A DNA stretch of 42,067 bases from Macrostomum lignano (Eukaryota). Under the pieces are notes generated by a model. The model was not told where the DNA came from. It saw only the letters and a list, made by a program, of their open reading frames with translations, and did not search any database. The DNA lies in the NCBI GenBank assembly GCA_002269645.1, contig NIVC01002680.1:1-42067 (forward strand). Direction: 5' to 3'. The position numbers were made by a program, and so were the translations under genes. This document shows positions 23,891 to 34,429 of this stretch, piece by piece (the first letter of the stretch is position 1; each line of letters begins with the position of its first letter).

Positions 23891-26245
23891 AGGAAGACTT
23901 AGATTTAAGAAATTTTTAGTTTGCCTAAAATATTCTCTATAGTGAGTTTAGGGAAAGGTGCAAAATTTTGTATCATTTGGTTGAGTTGTTTAGGAGTCTA
24001 TGGCAAATAAGTTTGTATATAGATAGATAGATAGATATATACAGAGTTTTCATTTCTATGGTTTGAGCAAATTAATTATAAACACTAGCCTATGCAAGCA
24101 ATCACTTAATAATAGGCCTAATAAGGCTAATATAGTAATACTAAGCCTAATAATAGATTTGAAAGATTGAAATCAAATAATTATCCAGAATACAGAAATT
24201 CAAAATTCAAGATTATATAGACCTTATTATTTTTCCTTCTTTTAGTAATAAAAAACTTACTTATATTGTATAATCACAGCAGATGGAGCTCTATTTAGGT
24301 CATGTCTATACCTAGGATATTTGAATAAATTCTACAAATATGTGGGTCACATTAATGGTAAAGTCTAAAAGGTAGTAAGTTGATTAACTGAAAATTGATT
24401 CAATAAAAACAGAGCAAAAATTTGACTCAGTTTACTCTCATGGCTTAAGAGTCATCTCAGTCTAACTTTTAATTTTAAGTTATGTTAAGTTAATACCATC
24501 AGTATGACTTTTTCTCTAGGAATTGGCTTCAATATATTATAGTGCCTTAGCCAATGTGGGTTGTTATGCTTGTTTTTAGAATTTAGATCTTATTTTTTAA
24601 TTAATCAAGGTCTTTTCATCAAAATAGTATATTTTTTATTTCAAAAAATCTGTTTTTTGTTTTTTACCTATTAAACTGCATGCATAACTTTAAAATTTCA
24701 TGCTATCAATCAGCTAGTCTAATACTAAAACTGTCATGGACCTAAAAGTTAGTATATTTGAATCTAGGGCTGAAAGGTCACCAACTGACTTCTTTATTAC
24801 TGATTTAAACAGTGTGACCATGGATACAACACTAAGTAAAGTTTTTTATCTTTGTTGGAACAAGCAGTCGAATGTGAATTTCAATTGGACTGCATCTCAT
24901 GTTGGTAAGTTGTCAAAATATCTTATATAAATATATACGAGTATCAGTAAATCATTTTTGAAATGTATTTATTTTCAAGTCAATGCCAAAGAAGAAGCCC
25001 TTTCTATGGAGAATGGGTTAGAAAGAGTTATTGATATAGCCTAATGCAGTAAGAAAATCGTCTCCTATGTCAATCCTGACCATTCCACTGGCGCCTGAGC
25101 ACATGCGCACCAGCACTGTATGCAGATATGCACTTGTACACACGCTCACAGGGTGGGTGTATAGCAGCCCTTTGACTTTCCAATCGTTGGGCACCTAGGC
25201 CTACCAGTTCATCTGGCAGCATTGCACGCCTCTCCTCGTGTGCCTTCATTTCTTCCTTCCTCTGTTGGTTAATGTCTCCATTTATAGTTTCTCCTCATGT
25301 CTCTTTAGGCTTTATTCACCATCCATCTATTAAAAAGAACTCAGTGTAGCAAACTCCAAGGTATTCCTAGAATACCCTAGCCAAGGATTACTTAGGTGGA
25401 TAGGAAACTACATTTCATGAAAAATTATAAAAATGAATGGTTAAAAATAAAAAGGTAAAAAAATGAATGACCTATGGTCAACTCATAGGTTTTATAAATC
25501 TATTTTATCATCTCTGTTACACATATTGTTACACAGTCAGCTAAGAATTAGAAAAAATATACATAAAAACAATGAGTCAAGCCGTGCCATGCATTTTTAT
25601 GTTGTATGTTTTTTGGTACTGGGAATGTATGTAGAATTAAAAAAATAAACATAGAATCAAAATTTTCTGAGCAAAAAGCTTTGTGAATGGACAAGCGTGG
25701 TACCTGCGGTCTAGGCTTACTGGTTTGTCTACTTACACCAGGTTCCTGCTTTTCTCTAATCCTAGTATGTAGTGTTTAAAGAACGGAGTCAGGACACCAA
25801 TGAATTTTTGCAAACACTAATTCCTTTAGAATTTTATAAATTAAAAATGTCGCAATGGAAGCAGATGCTTTCCCAAGAGCCCAACTTTTCTTTACTAGTA
25901 GTGAAGTCCCAAAATTAGCGATTTACCCGCTCTAATTATTTCCCCTAGCTAAAACTACTGTTAGTAGCGTAAAAGCATTTTTAATCCGTGCCTATTCTAC
26001 TCCTTAATTAATGCCCTACTACATGAATATCAATAGAGCCATAAGAAAGGTAAAACAAATGAAAATATGAACACAGGGTCTGCCTCCTATGAAAAGCAAT
26101 AACAATTTTTCTGCTGAAAAAATAAAATCTGCTTCCTGAAATTTTCTAAGAAACGTACTTTCCCGTCCTACTTTAGTAGTCCTTGACCCTAGCAAGCTTG
26201 GAATTGAGTTTTACTTTTCAATTTCAATTGCTCTACTTTGTTCAG

Positions 26246-26709
26246 TGGCCATCTGCCGCGGAGTTCGCCACGAGGACCTGTCGAAAAGTCTCAATCAGCT
26301 GTTGCACCAGGATGCCAAATCCGTGACCGGCAGCAAAACTAGTTTAAGCGTACAATTTGTTGCTAGAAATCGTCACCGTTCTTCGGCCAATTCTCAGCAG
26401 CTGGTTGAGCAGACTCTCCGCTCATTGCACTCCGCCGCTTTGCTGCCTGGCGGTCTGCTGGCTCTGTGCAAAGCCGCCTCGCAACTGGACGCAGCTGATG
26501 TTCCCGGGCTGGGTGAAGATCGCCGGGCACAAGAGATTATCACTGATCACCGTCTGCAGGGCGTCATGTTGAAACGGCCGCGACTATTGCAACAGCTGGT
26601 TAGGCGTCATCCAGTGTTAGCTAGCGCCATAGCAACCGTTGTTAAGCGGGTGCAACAGAATGCGCAGAGTGCTCGACTGCCAACATCGGCTCCGGGTGCC
26701 GCTTCTGCG
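26246..26709 (+). CDS. UBL7: UBL7-like protein, penultimate coding exon (UBL C-half plus central helical region)
   Basis: Acceptor TTGTTCAG|TG and donor GCG|GTAAGG. VPGLGEDRRAQEIITDHRL...LLQQLVRRHPVLASAIATVV matches UBL7 (TPGLSSDPIALGVLQDKDL...LDTLVPAHPALVNAIVLVL, recalled). Confidence 0.8.
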
Positions 26710-26771
26710 GTAAGGAACTGTGGTTATGGGGAAGATGTCAGGTTCTGGCACAGCCTAGCATATTAGAACTG

Positions 26772-27581
26772 TGTCAGTATGGCATAGGCTGCAGTGTCAG
26801 TATGGCATAGGCTGCAGTGTCAGTATTGCATAGGCTGCAGTGTCAGTATTGCATAGGCTGCAGTGTCAGTATGGCATAGGCTGCAGTGTCAGTATGGCAT
26901 AGGCTGCAGTGTCAGTATTGCATAGGCTGCAGTGTCAGTATGGCATAGGCTGCAGTGTCAGTATGGCATAGGCTGCAGTGTCAGTATGGCATAGGCTGCA
27001 GTGTCAGTATGGCATAGGCTGCAGTGTCAGTATGGCATAGGCTGCAGTGTCAGTATGGCATAGGCTAGGCTGCAGTGTCAGTATGGCATAGGCTAGGCTG
27101 CAGTGTCAGTATGCATAGGCTGCAGTGTCAGTATGGCATAGGCTAGGCTGCAGTGTCAGTATGCATAGGCTGCAGTGTCAGTATGGCATAGGCTAGGCTG
27201 CAGTGTCAGTATGCATAGGCTGCAGTGTCAGTATGGCATAGGCTAGGCTGCAGTGTCAGTATGGCATAGGCTAGGCTGCAGTGTCAGTATGGCATAGGCT
27301 AGGCTGCAGTGTCAGTATGCATAGGCTGCAGTGTCAGTATGGCATAGGCTAGGCTGCAGTGTCAGTATGCATAGGCTGCAGTGTCAGTATGGCATAGGCT
27401 GCAGTGTCAGTATGGCATAGGCTGCAGTGTCAGTATGGCATAGGCTGCAGTGTCAGTATGGCATAGGCTGCAGTGTCAGTATGGCATAGGCTGCAGTGTC
27501 AGTATGCATAGGCTGCAGTGTCAGTATGGCATAGGCTGCAGTGTCAGTATGGCATAGGCTGCAGTGTCAGTATGGCATAGG
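26772..27581. repeat. 23-bp minisatellite (TGTCAGTATGGCATAGGCTGCAG)n with 22- and 28-bp variants in the last UBL7 intron
   Basis: Direct reading of tandem units. Confidence 0.97.
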
Positions 27582-27740
27582 TAACAGTTCACGCAGCCAA
27601 GTAAATGGTTAAAATTTACTTAACTTAAGTTATTACGTTAAATAAAAAAACTTAAGTTTATTTTTCCTGGTTATCTCTGTTTATCTATAGCACTGAACAT
27701 CAATTATAAGCTTGCCCTTGCGTAACGCCCCCCCCCCCAG

Positions 27741-28130
27741 GTCGCTGGCAACATGCCCCCTGGCGCCAATTACAACGTAGACTTCGAGTCCGTTCTAGAC
27801 GAAGACGAGGACAACGATGGCGAAGGTGAGGACGGCGCCGCCGCAGCCGCCATGCCGACACCATCGCCGATGCAACGCGGATCGCGCTCGCGTCCGACCT
27901 CTTCGTCAGCTTCCGGCGGAGCTTCGGGCGGTAGCGCCGGCCAAGTGTCGTCGGATTTCCTGCGCCAAGCGATGGCGCAAGCGTTCACTCTGATTCCAGC
28001 TAGGCAGAGGTTTGCTAACCAATTGCGAGCGCTGAGAGAGATGGGCATCACCGATGAGGAGGCGGCCCTACGAGTTCTCGAGCAGAATAATGGCGACCTG
28101 GAGCTCACTATTGATCACATGTTTAATTGA
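27741..28130 (+). CDS. UBL7: UBL7-like protein, terminal exon with acidic stretch and C-terminal UBA domain
   Basis: Acceptor poly-C-AG|GTC, phase 0. FESVLDEDED, VSSDFLRQAMAQAF and FANQLRALREMGITDEEAALRVLEQNNGDLELTIDHMF give a UBA domain with the UBL7-type MGI loop. Confidence 0.88.
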   Translation, partial: VAGNMPPGANYNVDFESVLDEDEDNDGEGEDGAAAAAMPTPSPMQRGSRSRPTSSSASGGASGGSAGQVSSDFLRQAMAQAFTLIPARQRFANQLRALREMGITDEEAALRVLEQNNGDLELTIDHMFN

Positions 28131-28582
28131 ACTTACGCACATTCTGTTCGTGTCGCGCTACTGTTAGTATAAATATAAGTTGAACAATTTCTCTGAAATA
28201 TTCACGGCTATTTGTTTCTATAAGCTGAAATTTCAGGCCCTCAAAGCGGCGGATGCAGATTAGCTCTTAGGCTTTCCGACTTGGATTGAGTAAATTCAAT
28301 TGCGTTTCTACCCGTTTTTGCTTTTTTGCTTCTTTCTTCCTTCTTTCGTGTTCTTTGCTTTAAGTCAATGCGGCGTATATTATTGCCTTTTTCTGTTCAA
28401 AGCATGAGTTGAATAAAAATACGATTTCAACGTAATTGCTGCTGCAAAATAGCAAAATGATTCGCAAAGTTGTCTCTCTGATCTTTTATTTTATTGCTGC
28501 AGCAAATTTCGTCTTTAGTTTGTGTGTTCCATAAACAACATTAGATGCACTAGATCCCCTAGTTAAAATACTTAGGCATTAG

Positions 28583-28821
28583 ATCCCCCAGTTGCACTGG
28601 TGCAGAAGTCTGTGTTTTAATTGTTTATTTCATTTACTGACTGCTAATAAATGGCCACCGATGGATACATCAAATATTCCCCATTTATACAAGTGTCTAT
28701 GGCAAACATATTTTTGCCTCGGTCAATAAACTTGTCACTCAAGCATTTATTGTGCAAACGGTGCAAATAAATGAAATAAACAATTAAACCATAGACTGCT
28801 GCACCAGTGCAACTGGGGGAT
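28583..28821. mobile_element. MITE with ~55-bp TIRs
   Basis: ATCCCCCAGTTGCACTGGTGCAG...TTAATTGTTTATTTCATTTA versus TAAATGAAATAAACAATTAA...CTGCACCAGTGCAACTGGGGGAT. Confidence 0.85.
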
Positions 28822-29059
28822 ATATGATTGATCTTATTTCCCGCTGCCCCGAAAGAAATAAATTTGCACTCGGCTTTGTACCATAGACTAAAAACTTAAT
28901 TTTTCATTTTAAAGATTTTAAAGTAAACAAGAAAGTTCAACAAGTTCAAAGTCCAGTTAAAGTTCAACACCACTGCCGTGCAAATTGATCTCGCCTTGGA
29001 ATTCCAAATCGCGTAGCTCACTGCCACCTCGCAGACCGAAGTGATTTTTAAGTAGAAGA

Positions 29060-29145
29060 TAATGCATGGTTTTTAGGGTTGTATTTCTTTAAATCCCCGA
29101 GAGCCGAGAGCCAAAGTTAATACAACCCGTAAAAACCATGCATTA
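29060..29145. repeat. 26-bp inverted repeat (86-bp hairpin)
   Basis: TAATGCATGGTTTTTAGGGTTGTATT versus AATACAACCCGTAAAAACCATGCATTA. Confidence 0.8.
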
Positions 29146-30054
29146 CCTCAATTAAATCCCTGCTTTCAAACTCCGGGATGTATTTAGATACAATTCGCAA
29201 AACAGTTTGAACCATAGTGCAAAGAGGGTTAAGGGGACGCAGTCCCCTGCGGGGGTGTGGGGGCGGAGCCCCCACATGTAGTATAGTGAATTTATAAGAT
29301 ATTCTATGGGTTTGAGGTCAGTATTTTACTTAAATCCGTAGAGCCGAAGGCTTTCGAGATATTAATGACATAAAATTTGAATTAAAACATTTAAACTCAA
29401 AATTCTAACATTTTAAACTACTTTAATTTTGCGGGATGTATTCAGATAAATCCAGGAGCCATACTTGTATGTTTATGGTTGAAGTTGGGGATGGAGGTGT
29501 GGGAGCAAGCTATGTCTTACCATAGACAAAATTTCATTAAGAAATTTCTCGAGTCACGAAGGAAAAGAAGAGAGAAGCTCGCTTATTTATATACATACAA
29601 TAATCCTTGCAATATGTCCGGGAAAGTGATCGATTAAATCCCGCAAAATAAAATGTCAATAACCTCCCTGAAAGTGAGCTTTAAAGTGGTTTAAATCACT
29701 TAATTAAACGCTATGGTCCGCTTTCATCTCGGAAAGTCAACTAGAAAGGATTTGAAGCGAAAAATGAGGGAAGCTGCGATTTTTTTTATGAACCTGAAAG
29801 TTCGAAAGCACGGATTTAATAGTCCATTGTCGCGGCTTGCAGTTGTACCATAGAAAGATGCCAGCGGTTCTCCTACCTCGGCGGTCTGGTGCTCCACGTG
29901 GAGGATTCTATTCTATGGTAAATTTATATCGCAGAAGTCCTTGCAGCAATATAGTTTTATTTCGTTGTATAGTAATATCTTTCTTGATTTTCACTCTGTT
30001 CGTACCATAGACTAAAAACTTAATTTGGATTTCCTTTTTTAAGCTTCTGACTTG

Positions 30055-30451
30055 GCTAATGCATAGCTTTTATTGCTAAGTTAGAAAACGGAAATCCAAA
30101 GTGGAGACAGGTTGAGCCATAGAAAACATACACAGCCTGACTGAGAAACTTGAATGAGAGACAAGGCTCAATTAAATCTAGAATCGGACGTCCAAACTTG
30201 CTATATATAGCCAGAGTTTTGTCAAAGACAAAGCACAGCCTGTATAATTCAAGAAGGCGACTGCGCGGACACGTAAACCGTCAGCTAATTGTAGCAGCAG
30301 ACAGTGGAAAGTGACAGTTCAGAGTCCCATTCTAGATTTAACTGCTTGTCTTTCAGTAAATTATAAGTCAGGGTTTTTGTTGTCTATGGCCCAACCTGTC
30401 TCAACCTTGGATTTCCGTTTTCTAATTTGGTAATAAAAGCTATGCATTAGC
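30055..30451. mobile_element. ~400-bp foldback MITE with TIRs of at least 75 bp
   Basis: GCTAATGCATAGCTTTTATT...AGAAAACGGAAATCCAA...GAGACAGGTTGAGCCATAGA is mirrored at the right end. There is also inner symmetry (AAATCTAGAAT/ATTCTAGATTT). Confidence 0.85.
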
Positions 30452-31727
30452 AGAAGCATTCAGAAGCGGACAGAAGCGGACCCAATAAACATTGACAGTG
30501 AGAGCAGTGGTCACTTTGATCCTATGGCACTTTGACACCGAAAAAATTAATGAACTCAGTATACGTAATATGCGTAATACGCGTAAATACTCATCGAGAT
30601 CATCAGCGCATTGAACTGAATCCTCGTCACACTTTTGGGTTAGATTTGGCAGCATTAGTTTTTGCTGAGATGATACGGGCGCGGTTCTCATATCTTTTGC
30701 CCGAAGGGCACGAATAGACGTCATCTTCGAAGTTGCCTGAGCACACCTTTAGGTCTCTTATGCGAACGGACTCTAGATTCACTAGCCCAGATTGTGCAGC
30801 CAGTTCGTTGCAGTCACGTCACTCCGAAGAAATTTGGCAATTGCACTCGATGGTGTTCAATGGGTTACGCCTCAGGACCACCTGAATACGTCATAAGTAG
30901 CACGTCTTGGAAAGCGTGACTCATGGTTGTTGAATTTCTGCTGCAGATGAAGGCGAGTCGGCTGTTGGGTGACGGCATTGTCGGCTGATTTTCCATGCAG
31001 GAATGGCATTCTTGCACTCTTGCGTGCAGGAATGGATGTCTATGGTAAAATCTCACTGAAAAAGCATTAGGCGCAGAAATGCATTCCTGCACGGTTTTGT
31101 GCATTCCTGCACGATGAATAATCCGACAATGGGATTCCTTCACGTTCAATCGTGCGTGAAGGACATCGAGAACTTGTGACCGTGCAGGAATCATTCATTC
31201 CGTGTGTGTAATCAAGCGAAGAAAGTGACCACTTTTCATATTGAGTTGACACAAATTTTTTAGGATCTGTGGTGTGCGCTATTATTTTCAGCACTGCACT
31301 GTCAACAGAGTAGAGAGCTAAGTTCTCCAACGGTATTGCGTACGAGTATGAGACAACAGCCAATGCTATGTTGGTCTTGAACCACCTTGAATTGCAGCTG
31401 TGCGCACTCCTTAATCGGGTTAGCTCACGATTTATATAGCTGATCCCAAGGCTAAACAAATTGAGGATTATCTTAAAGGTTGAGTGAGATCCACTGGCGC
31501 TAAAGTCATTGACTAAGAAAGGAAGTTCATTTCTGCACTCAATTCAAGCGAGATATGCACACGCACCTAATTTTTTCCAGCTGTTACCAGTACCTTTTAT
31601 AATGCTAGCACATCAATTGTGTATTTTTACTAATGCAACAACTATAACTATTCTGAATCAATGCTTTCCTGTTAGTTGAACATGTTTCTCTAATTTTCTA
31701 CAAGGCACGAGTTGTTACTATAGTCAT

Positions 31728-32903
31728 TCAGGCATGGTTAAACAGGTATTTGATGACGAGCCGCATGCCAGGATCGATGTAGATCTCTCGCAGACGTCTA
31801 GCCAGGGTGTTGTGCTCGCAGCTCCGCTCAGCAGGTGCTGGATAATGATGCAGCCGGTCTTTCGCTAGGCTGCTCACTCTGTAGACAGCGAAGGCTTGGT
31901 AGCAGGACTCCACTTTGACTGGAATGCTGTTCCGGTTTATAGCAATTTCATCCGTGATGATGCTGCGATCGTATTCAGTAACGCTGCAGAACCGCTTCTT
32001 GCTGAAATAGGTGCGAGAGCAGGGATCGTAGAGTCCGTTTCGAAAGCGGCTGTTGGCGCAGAGTACGTCCAGTTTGGGCTTGGCACTGAAGTAGTAAATT
32101 CCCTGAGCAATGTTGTCCAAGCTCCATGGATCCCACTCCAGATCTGGATCAACTGAAATCATCAGATCAACTTTATCTGCCAAATTGTCGTAAATGTAGT
32201 TCAGGTACATATTTCTGAGGACACTCATTGTGATGCCGCGATCAACGAGTTCCTCTTCCGTACGCTGCTGTCCCCAGCCGGGTCTGTGCACCTTCCCGGA
32301 CCTGTATGTGATGTTAATTTTGCACGGGGCTCTTGAGTTTATTGGCGTGCATCCGAGAATCACCGCCTGATTGTGTTTCCGACGCACGTCGTGAAGAAAC
32401 TCTCGGGTGCCATCGTTCGAGTCATTCTCAACGAAAATCATCCAGTAGTCTTTGAAGAGCTTGCCCAATCTGTGCAACTCCACGACGTTTTTCTGCAAGC
32501 GCTCCTTGGCGTTTCGCACTGACGCGACAAATACGGCAGTTTTGGTGCGCATCCAGTCTCTCCCAATACGCGTTCGATAGTTTTGGTCAAGCTCGCGATT
32601 CTCTCGTCGCATAAGAGGCATACGTTCGCGTGTATGGACGAAGTACATGGAGCTGTTCTGCAAGTGCAAGACTTCAGCGTGTCCGTAGCTAAAATCGGAA
32701 GATTTTTTCTCAATAAGTTCAGGATCGAGTTGTGTCACAGCGCTTCTGCTGGTTCTGCCTGGACGGTTGATAGAAAGTATAGCGTTGGGAATTTTTCTTA
32801 TCTGATGAAAGTAGTCCGTTGTGAGGTGTACATGTAGCATGGATAAACAAAACAGGACATTGCATGAAACAAGAATGCCGGCGAAAAATTTCATGCCGAT
32901 CAT
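31728..32903 (-). CDS. Type II membrane GT-A glycosyltransferase-like protein (GT2/CAP59-GT69-like), intronless, copy 1, 391 aa
   Basis: N-terminal hydrophobic anchor. Motifs VFVASVRN, FKDYWMIFVENDSNDGT, LRNMYLNYI, a DxD (VDPD), YD, V.SCY.AFAVYR and SCEH are those I recall for CAP59-like/GT2-like transferases. The family label was not verified by search. Confidence 0.75.
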   Translation of the reverse strand: MIGMKFFAGILVSCNVLFCLSMLHVHLTTDYFHQIRKIPNAILSINRPGRTSRSAVTQLDPELIEKKSSDFSYGHAEVLHLQNSSMYFVHTRERMPLMRRENRELDQNYRTRIGRDWMRTKTAVFVASVRNAKERLQKNVVELHRLGKLFKDYWMIFVENDSNDGTREFLHDVRRKHNQAVILGCTPINSRAPCKINITYRSGKVHRPGWGQQRTEEELVDRGITMSVLRNMYLNYIYDNLADKVDLMISVDPDLEWDPWSLDNIAQGIYYFSAKPKLDVLCANSRFRNGLYDPCSRTYFSKKRFCSVTEYDRSIITDEIAINRNSIPVKVESCYQAFAVYRVSSLAKDRLHHYPAPAERSCEHNTLARRLREIYIDPGMRLVIKYLFNHA

Positions 32904-33904
32904 TTTGCTATCATGGAATGTACGTGAGCCTTTTTTGACTAGTAACTAGCGCGGGTAATGCATTTTTCTTTTAGGATTGGCTGTTGAATAACTCGTTTAA
33001 GAATTGGAATGATAAAAACAAATTAAAACTATATACAATATATTTTTAATTGAATTAATAACTTGGCCAAAAAAATACATTTACACAACTTTCTTCTGTA
33101 AAAACTATTTTGTTAAGCTTTTCTCGACTTTTATAACAGAATATTTTTTTTAAAAATGACACGAATTTTGAAATGTACGATTTTCTTATAACACGTGTCT
33201 CTTTGATTTCTACTGTAATTGTCATTGTCTGTCATATATATATATATATATGCTTACGCAGCTAAAATTGCTTGTTAGAAATTTTTAGGAACTTTAAATT
33301 GGGACATCGGGCTGAAAATTATTACTGATTTCTACAGAAGTACGCGCGTACCTTTAATCATTAGGGACCCAAAAGATAACAAAATTAAATTTCTATCTGG
33401 AGTTTTTTCTGAATTGATCAAATAATTCTAAAATTTATTATTAATTTATGAGTTGTTTTCTATATTTGTTTGTGTTTGTGTTTCTTGTATTGGCTAGTTA
33501 ATTTACTTTTATGGGTTAACTGAAGAAATGAAGTACAGGAGTTGTTTGTATTAGTATTGCACAGTTCTTGTGTTTAGGGCCGGTCTAGCCTGTCTCGGGG
33601 TTCATTTTAAATAAATTGAATTTAAAGTAAGATACATTGACTCAGAACTTGACCTTCTTGTCCAAAATCCTTACATTCGATGCCCGATCCGGAGAAATCC
33701 GACAAATGTATGTCATGCTTGTACACTTTATTAGAAGGCCCATATCTTAATTTGAAACAGTTAATGGACATCTTAATTCTTAACCTGATATTACCACGAT
33801 CACAAAATCTAAAATTTTGGCCCGAGGCGGCTTCCTAAATTAAGAAAAGTTGCCGTTTTTATTGCATGGTACATTACTTCCATAGCCTACATTGCATGTA
33901 GTAT

Positions 33905-34110
33905 GGGGTTGTAGCCTGGTGGTTAGGGCATCGGACTCGCGACTGAAAGGTCTGGGTTTCGATTCTCGAACCACTCGGAACAATTTGTGTCCTTGAACAG
34001 GACATTTGACTCTGCATTGCTTCAGTTCACTCAGCTGTAAAATTGGGTGCCAGCAATAGCTGGGGTAATTGAGGATGTGTGTGGCGACCCTAATGCAGTC
34101 CTTGGACTGA
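33905..34110 (+). mobile_element. tRNA-derived SINE with CORE-like central domain
   Basis: A box TAGCCTGGTGG (33912) and B box GGTTTCGATTC (33955), then GTCCTTGAACAGGACATTTGAC...TTGCTTCAGTTCACTCAGCTGTAAAATTGGG, resembling the MIR/CORE consensus. The 3' end is uncertain. Confidence 0.75.
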
Positions 34111-34429
34111 ACAGCCGTACGCAGTCTTCAAATGCGCCGCGCAATAGCGACAGAATTAGACACCGAATGAACAGACACGTGCTGATCATACTTACATTCA
34201 CATGCAGTCTACAGATATGATATTACCACGAGGGCAAAGGGTAAGGGTGCCAAAGGGAGAGCCTTTTATGTCATAGACACATAATTAGACAGGTACATAC
34301 TATTTTATAGGAGCAGAAAGAAAGGATTCAATTTTCAAAATGGAAGAAGTGGATATCAACTTTGAAATAGACTAATTTCAACTTCGACTGGCTGGACAAC
34401 TTTGAATTACTTGACTTAGCTGTAATTGG

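Noticed and set aside
25858-26052. Candidate UBL7 upstream exon (…TTVSSVKAFL…, donor AAG|GTAAAA)
   Set aside because: It has two in-frame TAA stops and the wrong phase. The 15.9-16.3 kb exons fit better.
30600-30890. LRR C-terminal-cap-like peptide on the minus strand (VLRRNPLNTIECNCQ)
   Set aside because: There are in-frame stops up- and downstream, no clear LRR repeats or splice sites, and the region is embedded in MITE-rich sequence.
33905-33975. Functional tRNA gene
   Set aside because: The acceptor stem and T-arm do not close, and it continues into a CORE-like SINE body.
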